DNA from: Chlorokybus atmophyticus
Lineage: Eukaryota > Plantae > Mesostigma and Chlorokybus algae
NCBI GenBank assembly: GCA_009103225.1
Contig: RHPI01003009.1
Coordinates: 86,091-150,090 of the forward strand
Length of the DNA: 64,000 nt
Direction of reading: 5' to 3'
Below the pieces are notes generated by a model. The model searched no databases and had not been told where the DNA came from. It saw nothing but the letters and a program-made list of their open reading frames with translations. Both the position numbers and the translations under genes were made by a program. Shown piece by piece: positions 38,489-48,432 of the stretch (position 1 is its first letter; the number at the start of each line of letters is the position of its first letter).

Positions 38489-41400
38489 TTATAGGTGTGT
38501 GACCTGGAGCACAAGACAACAACAATGTTTCAATAGATAATGAATGCCTTGACAGGGTTATGCCAAAGCTTACTTGCACTTCGCTGAAGGCCGCCTCGCA
38601 GAGTCTCAACTGGTCGTGTGAAGTGACTACAACGCCAACATGGACGCTGTTGCAAGTTCGCCGTGTAGCTGTACTCAAGACCCCAAGTTGCGCCATCAGC
38701 AGAGATATCAGACTGAATGACGTTGCCGATCCTGTGGAGGCGTAGGTATTGGTTCGGCAAGTTGCTCAATCCAACCACTGGTAATTTGTTTAAAAGTTTG
38801 CAACGGGTCACCAGTGGAACCCTACCCAACCCATTCCCAAACCAGAAGCAACACCTCTTGGGACCCGCTAGCTATTGCGGGTCGCAACATCACCCCAGCT
38901 TTGGTATTGTGAAAAGCCGCCGCTGGCAAGCTTTGCAACTGAGCCACTATACGCACATCTCCAGTGATGTCCGTGTATGCAAAATGACCTCCATTAGCCA
39001 CGTTCCAACTGCCAACAAGCAGAAGTTAAGTACTGAGCCACACACAGACATACACGCGCACGTAGACAGGCTTGCAGAGACCACTTACATGTCCTCGCCA
39101 TTGCCGTACAGGGTCACGGAGCCTGAGTCCCCAAATGTGGCATGACCATTAAAACCCACACTTCCAATGGTAGCAACGGCCCAGTCCGGCCACGGCTGTG
39201 AGGCCGCAGCCAACCGGTATACGGTATACGTTGCCATGTATGTGGCAGACCCAAGAGGTGCCGTGACGGTGTCCACCTGCACATTGCCTGAGCTCTAGCC
39301 GGTGAACACGTACCGTTGGCCATTGAACGTCTGCGGCGAGGGTGCGATGATGGTGACACCAGAATTGACAACCGCCGGGTGCTTGTAGGGCGTCGGGAGG
39401 GTATCCGATGCTGCATTGCGAGTAAGGCCGGCGGGTGAAGACAGCATCTGCATTGTTGACAGCAGCGGGTCCACGCGGCGTGAGAACGTGGCGCTCAGAC
39501 CCTCCGGCGTGGTGACAGTCAGGATGAACTTTAAGTAGCGGTAGTACTCGTGATTGGGGGCCTGAATGGAGAAGGACAGACCGGAGCAAAATTTGCCATG
39601 ACGCTGTTGATCCGGAAGGCCCAATAGTGGCAGCCACATCAATGGTGTCTTCAACTGCCCACGTCAGGCTTGGGCTCGGGTCGATGATATTCGCTGGTGG
39701 AAGTTCAGCTGAGCTTGACACTACCTTCATAGTGAAGAACTGAGTGCTCGTGTCGCCATTGCCTCCTGTGACTTGCAGGCCAACATGGTCGGAGCCAGCT
39801 GCATTGTAAGTGTAAGAAGTGGTGGCAGCTGTTGCATCACCATCACCGGAATACAGCAATGTTAGCCAATTTAAAAATGTGACTACCGCATATGCATTAC
39901 TTTGCTCGACACTACAAGCTTACCATTGACGTCCCAGAAGTAGCTGACAGGAGGATGTGACACAGATCGTGTGCCGTTAAAGTTCACAGACAAGGGTGCT
40001 ACTTCAGAGCCTGCTGTAGCCGTGATGATAGCGCTCGTGACCCCGCTGCCAGGCCCGAAGAGGCGGAACAACTGGGCCCTGCTGAAGTCTGCAAGTAACA
40101 GCGAACCATCAGATACCTGCTGAATGTCCACAATGCCAACGCCGTCCACTACCACGTGCATCCAACTTGGATCTGGTTGCCAATTGGAACCGAGCGGCAT
40201 CGCCCATATGCAGCCAATTGTGTAATCACCAAACGAAAGTGCTCTGTTGTAACTGACACCAAATGCTAAAGCGGAATAGAAAGCTAGGCCAGTCACCGAA
40301 GCACCATTTACACCTGTTTCTCTCGAGCACTTGCCACCCGGGTTGGGAGGAGTGGCATGCAAGTATGCATAGAGTGGCGGTGACACTTAGCTGGTGGAGT
40401 ACACTTGGTTGCAGAGGTTCAGGTTACGACTGTGCAAAGTTGCAAATATGAGATACAACAGCAGAGCTATACGTGCAAGGGCTCACAAGAAGCGACTAGC
40501 GTGTTAAGAGATTGTACCTAATAAGACGATTGTACTTTGGGTCCCTCATAACACGGCCACCCAAAATTTGGAGCGGTGTTGGATTTACGTTGGATGCAGA
40601 ATATGCTTTCCCAAGTCCATCCAAGCACGCTTTCCCACCACACCTCCTTGCTGCCTGGGCGTATGGCACCGCGGAACGGGCTGCGCAAGCCGTAGGCAAG
40701 CATGCAAACGTTGTCACTACCACTGTACAAACGCACTGAGTTTCAACCCCGTCCTGCAGAGCACAGCAGAGCAACAGTATTACCAAGTGCAGGGGAAAAG
40801 AAGCACTTTACCTGCTCAAGGCAGGGTTGGTAGACACAGCGTCACCGGTAAGAGGGTCCAATGGTAGGATGGTACCAGAGTCCAAAACTTGCCAAGGTGT
40901 TTGTGTGGATATGAAATGCTGAGCTCGCAGCGCGCCACCTTCAGCGGTGGGCGGCGTCAATGAAACACCTGTAAGGGTAGCATGTTATGTTGTCAGAAGC
41001 CTGCACTTTAAAGGCAGAAGGGCAGCCATATGAGCAATGCTTATGACTGACCTGCAGGGCTTGGAGGGTCACCGCACAGATTTCCACCCTATCTATAGTC
41101 AACGTCGATGAAGTTGGCACCTTCATCGACTGGAACAAATTGCAAAGGTGTTGATGTGTTGGGCATCTCCTTGCAAGCATGTGAGAACGCTACGCGATGC
41201 AAGGCACTAGCAATCACACTGTACCTGTGCAGATAAGGTTCTCATTCTCGGCAACGTGGATATTTGTCACGAATTGGGATAAATTGTGACAGACCTCACT
41301 CATGGTAGTGTCTTTTACTACCATAGCCTAGTGGTCGGGCCCCAATTGTTACAATGGTTTCGGAGCTTGACGTCTCAGGTTCAATTCCCGCAGGGGACTG

Positions 41401-43276
41401 AGGCGGATCCAAGGCAAAAACAAAAACATTTGGGGCGGCTTGCCTTAGGTTGGGCGCGGGATCACGACCTGCGCGCCGAGCCAGTTCAACCTAAGGCCGC
41501 ATGAGCGGTCGCGCTGCGATGGCAGGTCGCGCGGTGAGAATGTCACGAATTGGGATAAATTGTGACAGACCTCACTCATGGTAGTGTCTTTTACTACCAT
41601 AGCCTAGTGGTCGGGCCCCAATTGTTACAATGGTATCGGAGCTTGACGTCTCAGGTTCAATTCCCGTAGGGGACTGAGGCAGATCCAAGGCAAAAACAAA
41701 AACATTTGGGGCGGCTTGCCCTAGGCTGGGCGCGGGATCACGACCTGCGCGCCGAGCCAGTTCAACCTAAGGCCGCGTGAGCGGTCGCGCTGCGATGGCA
41801 GGTCGCGCGGTGAGAATGTCACGAATTGGGATAAATTGTGACAGACCTCACTCATGGTAGTGTCTTTTACTACCATAGCCTAGTGGTCGGGCCCCAATTG
41901 TTACAATGGTTTCGGAGCTTGACGTCTCAGGTTCAATTCCCGTAGGGGACTGAGGCAGATCCAAGGCAAAAACAAAAACATTTGGGGCGGCTTGCCCTAG
42001 GCTGGGCGCGGGATCACGACCTGCGCGCCGAGCCAGTTCAACCTAAGGCCGCATGAGCGGTCGCGCTGCGATGGCAGGTCGCGCGGTGAGAATGTCACGA
42101 ATTGGGATAAATTGTGACAGACCTCACTCATGGTAGTGTCTTTTACTACCATAGCCTAGTGGTCGGGCCCCAATTGTTACAATGGTATCGGAGCTTGACG
42201 TCTCAGGTTCAATTCCCGTAGGGGACTGAGGCAGATCCAAGGCAAAAACAAAAACATTTGGGGCGGCTTGCCCTAGGCTGGGCGCGGGATCACGACCTGC
42301 GCGCCGAGCCAGTTCAACCTAAGGCCGCGTGAGCGGTCGCGCTGCGATGGCAGGTCGCGCGGTGAGGATGGCCGTTCGGTCGGTCAGGACCGTTCGTTGG
42401 CCGGATCCAATAGGCCGCGGGCAGACCGATTGTGGTACGGCCGCGAAAACGGCGACGTGGGCTAGTGCCTCATTGGATTATGAGGAACTCATGGGTTAAA
42501 TTAGGGAGGAATGTCACGAATTGGGATAAATTGTGACAGACCTCACTCATGGTAGTGTCTTTTACTACCATAGCCTAGTGGTCGGGCCCCAATTGTTACA
42601 ATATTACCCATGCTATATGAAATGTAAACCTGCAGTTGTCGATAGGCAGAGTCAGCTCCATCGCAGTATTTCCCTGGAGCAGAGACGCATCATGCAACAA
42701 GTACATACCTAGCAATAGACATTCTCCAACACAGCGACTTCGTCCCCAATCACAGCGTTTGCGATGGATAGACTTTAAATCGTGAGATGCGGCCATTGAC
42801 CAAGCACTCGACGCTGTTGAAACCGCAGGAGGGACCCATAGTGTAGGCAACACATTGCCGTTGGCCAAAGTTGTGGCTTCACATTAAGGCTCAGCAAGCC
42901 GCGGTCTCCAATCTTGTTAAGCTCGTGCGAGGACAGACTTAATCTGATTGTCCCGGCACTGCTGTCGTCCAGGCCGCTCCAAACACGCATAGTGCCATCC
43001 TGAATGCAAACAACATGAATCAGCTTCGGGCATGCATGCAACAAAAAGCAGCACACATCTACATGTGCGCACGCACACACGCGAACATACATAAAACCAA
43101 TTTGCACCTTTGTGGATGCGAACACGCGCCCATCCAAGGCAAATCTGGCGCTTATAACCAGGTTGAGAGCTTGCCAAGGAAGCAAATTGAAGCCTGATTG
43201 CACAGCCACTTGTACATGAGCAAGAGCACTACAACACGCCGCGATCGCATGCTATAAGCAGCTTGGGACATGTCAT
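38489..43276 (-). pseudogene. Decayed GSDH-PKD-lectin gene, copy 3
   Basis: Same exon order as copies 1 and 2, but with a frameshift and stop in the signal peptide (MTCPKLLIACDRGVL*), several further frameshifts and a TRIM insertion in a coding exon. Confidence 0.88.
41265..42600 (+). mobile_element. Tandem-array TRIM (miniature non-autonomous LTR retroelement)
   Basis: Five identical 89-bp TG...CA LTRs starting at 41265, 41541, 41817, 42093 and 42512. PBS TGGT(A/T)TCGGAGC lies 1 nt after each of the first four LTRs. PPT AGGGAGGAA precedes the last LTR. 5-bp TSD ATATT at 41260-41264 and 42601-42605. No ORF. Confidence 0.92.
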
Positions 43277-44265
43277 GCTTGCAAGCGAACGCACCCAGTT
43301 GGCAAACGGCTGACTCCAAACTGGACTTCTCTGACATTGAGTGCTTACAAAGTGATGCTCAACTGGCTTCAGCGCCACAGTTGTAACGAGGACTCATGCA
43401 CCCATAGAGACAAACATGGGAAGCAGCTAAGTATTATTCAACTCCTCATGAGATACAAAGCACACGAGACCCCTTGCATTGCATGCCTCATTGCCCAAGT
43501 TAACCAGCCAGTAGGATCGCATTGGCTGCTACTAGCTAGTACTTTTTGGCCTTAGCTCAGCTCAGCATTGGCCTCACCACGGCAGACAGCTGCTGGCTAC
43601 TTGACATCAACTATCATAAACCATTAAGGCATGACGCTTCATGGCTGCGATTACCATACTAGCAAAGCTTGTAGCACACCATCATTTTCCTAGTCCTCCT
43701 TCTTCTCAGCCTGCGCTGCCTGCTGCTGTTCCTGCAACGCCTCGGCACAAGGTTGCTATTGCTCATAAAAAAAAGCTTCATTAGTCTTCTTGTGCGCCAA
43801 CGCCGGCGCAACAGTAATCGTGCTTGTTGTCCTACCCTTGTTGCTAGCGTCCTGAGGTTTGCTGGCCAGCAGACACCACCACTAGGCCAATGCGTCAACA
43901 CTCCTCTTGCTGCCTGCCTGAGTACTTGGCAATGCCTCGGCAACGCTTCTCCAAATTAACTTGCTCTTATTCACTTAAACAGCCGTGCTGTCCTGTGCTG
44001 CTCACCTACGACACCGCCGCCGCCTCTACCCAGCTACAAGCGACTTGCACAGTACAAGCAGGCTGCCGCCAACCATGCACCGACAGTAACGCTGTCGCGT
44101 AGACCATCGACCGTCGGTGGACGCCATGTCGGCAGAGATCAAACAGATTTCCACGCTGGCAACTTGTGAAGTATTCCACGTGGCGGTCCACTAGCGTAGC
44201 GGCGGCGAAGGAGGAGGAGAAGAAGGAGGAGGAGGGGAGCCGGAGGGCTGTTGCTGTTAGGTAGT

Positions 44266-45408
44266 ATGGCGTTCATGGTGGTGCGCGGATCATTGTCAAG
44301 GTCAGTGAGGTTGCCCGGGGACTAATTTGTTGTTCTCTGCATGGCAGCAGTTGCTTGCATGCACCCTGGGAAGGCTTGTTTCTTTAGACTGCAGTTGAGT
44401 CATTGGGTTAGGTCTTGATGCTTGACATGTGCTGCTTCTATTACAAACATCCTTAATACGTTTTCTATGACGGCATATGCATGTACTAGCTAGTCACAAG
44501 GCCCTCCAGTCCTGACCAAACTTACAGTTTGCCCCTTCCTACCTGTCGTGCCAGCTGATTTCCTCCTTTTGTGTACAATATCCACTTGTTATGGTTGTGC
44601 AACGCCGTCATGCCACCCACTGGTTATCAAGGCCATGCACAGTGCAGGATGCATGCTGAGGCCCCACATGTAACCATCATGTCGATTGGTTTAGGCTGTT
44701 GTTATTTTCTCGTCAAGGTTTCAACTAAATGCAACAAATGCCCTGAGTTTGTTCTCTATCTCAACACATACCACCATGCAGGTTGGTGTCGGCGTCTGCG
44801 CGGGTGTCATCGACCTCCTCGCCGTCATCTTTGTCAGCCGTGTGTTCATACGCGAAGGAGACTGAGGCGGAGGGACTGGCGGCCGCCGGCAGTGCCCAGC
44901 AGCAGCCGGGGCAGGGAGCCAACGCTGTCAGGCAGGACGAAGATGTGCCCAAGGTGAGAACATATCAGTTCGAGTCAGCTGCTGTCGTGCGTGCCTGCAT
45001 GTGGGTGTGTGCGTGTGCGCTCGCAAGAGCAAAAACACACAAGTATGCATGTGCGTGCGTGCGTATGCGTGCACAGGTGTGCCAATGCATGCACTGTGAG
45101 CATACGACTCTGGCCATTCTCGATTGTTTTCTTGGTATGATGCCGCTATGCTGTGCATAGCAGTGTTGATGGCAGACGTCACTGCAAGCACGTGTTTAGC
45201 ACTCTTTTGCCTGGCCAGCATGTGTTATGCCTCTACGCCCACACAAACAACATGCTGTGCACGCATGCAGGAGGAGACGGCAAAGGCGCAGGAGAAGATG
45301 ACGAAAGCCGCGAGCGCAACCAAGACTGCGGGCTCTGCCGACAGCGAAGGAGACAAGGACGAGCGGAGGGGCAGTGCCAGCGGCGCTGCAGAGGGTTATG
45401 CGCGATAG
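44266..45408 (+). CDS. Small hydrophilic protein with mitochondrial-presequence-like N-terminus (LEA/hydrophilin-like), 114 aa
   Basis: Exons 44266-44300, 44782-44953 and 45271-45408 splice in frame: MAFMVVRGSLSRLVSASARVSS...EETAKAQEKMTKAASATKTAGSADSEGDKDERRGSASGAAEGYAR*. Confidence 0.6.
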
Positions 45409-46952
45409 ATGTGTTGAAGTCTACTTCCCTGGCAAGATCTGTTGAGCACTGCAGTTGTACAGTGGATTGTGTGCTATCAGGCTGATCAATCAAAATATAA
45501 CCATTGTGTTTTGCATGTTTGTGTTTGGCGTGTCATTGGCGTCATGTGGTGTGCGTGTTGACTACAGACACTGCGGTGCAAGTTCTGCCATGCTGTGCGC
45601 AACCATGGCTACGTGCAGCTGCCTCTGGCCTGCCATAACAAGGTCATGCGAACGGTGGTCTGCATGGAGCAGCCAGGAGAGCCGGCATCGTTACCATGGC
45701 AGCTCCAGCTACCCCTTATAAGCAGCCCTCTATACCTGCTATGTTGTGTCGTGTGACATGCTGCTATGCATGTGTTGTGTTGCTGCTGTGCATGATAGCA
45801 CATAAGCATCAGCAAGCGCGTGTTTTGCTGACTATTTTGCAGACTGTGCCTAACTCCCAACGGCTCTACTCTTGCTACCTGCCCTACGATCCCCTGCAGC
45901 CAATTCACACGCCTCACCGGTCTTACAAGACAGCCAATGGACCACACATACACCCTGCAAGCCGCCAACTTCAGCAGCATTTGCACAGCACAGCAAGCAC
46001 TACTGCCCTGGTTGCACAGGTTTGCTTGCTGCTTCTTTACCACCCTGCTCTGCCTGCCTGCCTGCCCGCCCCTTGCATTACACTGAGCTACTTGCACATA
46101 GCTAAATGGTCCTTGTGAAGCCCCCGCTCAAATGCATTTGCTCACCCTGTTCTGCTCTTGGCTTGCTGTGTGTGCGCGTGCATGCACTTCGCATCTATTG
46201 GAAAGCCTATACCTATGTACGTGTGTAAATAAATCTCCACAACTATTCTCGCCATGCCATAAGTGCTGCGCATCCATTGTACATGCACAATGTCACTCAG
46301 CAGGCAGCATTCCTAAGCACATACCTTCATTCAACAAGCAGCACCACCGGGCATAGCCAACTACGTGCGTGTAATAGCTTAGGCAGAACAGTATCATACG
46401 CCTTTTGTACAGCTCAACGCTACGTCTACTACTAGCTACCCCACCATGTGCATGTAGCACGTCCACTCGTAAGTCAGTTCTCCCCCTTCCTCCGCGACAG
46501 CATTACCCACTGTGGCAGGTGGGTGCATACTGTTGCGACACGCACAACCCAGACATTGTAGAGCAACACATGCAAACAGGCAGTCATATTACAGGACCAC
46601 CAGTACAGTATCGGACCTGTACATTAGTAAGTGTGATACATGTTTTCTTGACAGTCGGTTGTACCACCATTAGTGGTGTTCATGCAGAGTGTTCAATATG
46701 CCAATCATTCAGCAAGTGCACCAGTTGCATACTACAACAGCGGTCATTACACGCGATACTGCACAAATTTTGCATCCACCACAAGACAATTGTACAGGCA
46801 GACATGTTGATGCAAGTCACTACTGATCTATGCAGGAGGGTGAGAACAGCGATGCTGGAGTCTAGACCAGGGTCTGCAAGCTAGCTTGCTTGGACAGGCA
46901 TCAGCCAGAGCGGAGTTGCGGTGACAAGCGGGTGGGAGCAGCAGTGTGGAGT

Positions 46953-47017
46953 GCCGCCACACATGTTCAGGAAGTCGCCAGACATACGCTTTCAGCGAGT
47001 TCCGTCATAGTGCTGCT
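46953..47017 (-). promoter_or_regulatory. SECIS element of SELENOW-like gene A
   Basis: Minus strand ATGA-CGGAACTCGC-TG-AAA-GCGTATGTCTG-GCGACTTCC-TGAA, about 160 nt after the stop: AUGA/GA core, ~10-bp helix II, apical AAA. Confidence 0.82.
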
Positions 47018-47170
47018 TTCGCCTGCGCCGTCGCTTTTGCACAAGTGATTAGCATTAGCTTGGGTGAGGGAATCACAAACCATGGAGCTTTAATCTGGCG
47101 CAATGGCAATGTTGTTGGAACATCAGCTTACCTTCACGACCACCGGCTGATGCCGGCAATGACATTAGCC

Positions 47171-48432
47171 CTACTGATTGGCTGCCTTTATATCAGGCTG
47201 CACCTCCAACAAGACGGCCTTTACAGCATCTTCAATGGCTTGCACCTTGTCATCCGTGTCCACCTGCCACAGACCAGCATAAGACAAAAGCAAACAAAAA
47301 CAAGCTGCCAGCTGAGGACTTGAAGCCCAATGTGAGTCGGCATATGGCTCAACAATCATCGCATCACCACTGACAAATCTTGACACCACAATGGCAAACA
47401 TGCAAGCCACTCACATAGCCTTGGCCGTTCTTCTTGGAGTGGAGCAGCAACCGTGTACCATCTTTCTTGACGACCTCGACCTCTGCAAGCAACAGCCAAG
47501 TGAGCTTGCAGCACAACGGCTAAGCTTATGCACAATGCTAAATTCCAAGTCAGCAACGGCACTGTCCAACTGGAAAAGCGCGCTTTGCTTCATGTGTTCC
47601 ATGCCCTTGAGCCATATGGCACGCATTTATGAGTGCAAAATGAGTGTCTGCTTGAGTCATCTACTCGACTGAAATACACTCTGCACTCACCTAGCCAGCC
47701 GGTTCTGGTTTTTGTTGCCACTCCTGTCTGCAACACACACGCATACAGCTTCAGAACCGAAGCAGCTGGGCGGACGGCATTTACCAGGGAATGCGCAATC
47801 CACAGACACCCAGCCCTCTTACAATGTCGATTCGTCCAGGAAACCTTGCATTGAGGGCACACACAAGAGGACCAACAAGCTTCGCCATGCACATGATCAC
47901 ATGAACGTCAGCATCTGACTTGAACTCACCGCAGCCAATTGAGCGATTATGCCAATTACATGAAGAGCTTACCACGCTGAGTCTTCCTGGGAACCTTGCA
48001 TTGAGGGCACTCTCAATGTGTCGGTAGTGTGAAATGTACCCTGAATAGCAAGCAGATAGGCAAGCTCAGCAGCGTGATATGGTACCCGGCAGGAAGCCAA
48101 ACCAGCAAACAACTCAGACATGGCACAATACCTCATCCCCCGCTGTAGACAGAAGGCAGCCGGATGGAAGAAGCAGGGCACAGAGCAGCATTTAGCATAC
48201 AATGACAGACAGTCAAGTCAGCATAAGAGGCAGCAGCTAAAGATCAAAACAGCCACCCATGAGACATTGAGCAAGCAAGCAAGCAGCAAGCAACAACCAA
48301 GCAAGCCGATGGGCAAAGCAGAAGACCACTCGCCGCAGCCTACCAGTAAGTGACCTCAATCTTGAGGCGCTGGTCCGGCGGCAGCGGGACGGCCGGCGCG
48401 GGCAGGCCGGAAGGAGCTGAAGACTGAGCCAT
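47171..48432 (-). CDS. SELENOW: Selenoprotein W-like (Rdx family, CxxU), gene A, 121 aa
   Basis: Exons 48432-48344, 48142-48132, 48040-47973, 47727-47691, 47482-47415 and 47263-47171 give ...KIEVTYCGGUGYISHYRHIESALNARFPGRL...WLEVEVVKKDGTRLLLHSKKNGQGYVDTDDKVQAIEDAVKA... In-frame TGA at 48133-48135. Confidence 0.92.

Noticed and set aside
41317-41395. Bona fide tRNA gene
   Set aside because: A and B boxes are present, but there is no acceptor stem and the anticodon and T stems pair poorly. Kept only as a promoter hypothesis.
41265-42600. CRISPR-like array or satellite
   Set aside because: The spacers are near-identical, not unique. TG...CA ends, PBS, PPT and TSD identify an LTR element, and the context is eukaryotic.
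48133-48135. Premature stop making the SelW genes pseudogenes
   Set aside because: The TGA is conserved in both paralogues at the CxxU position, downstream exons are intact and each gene has a SECIS.
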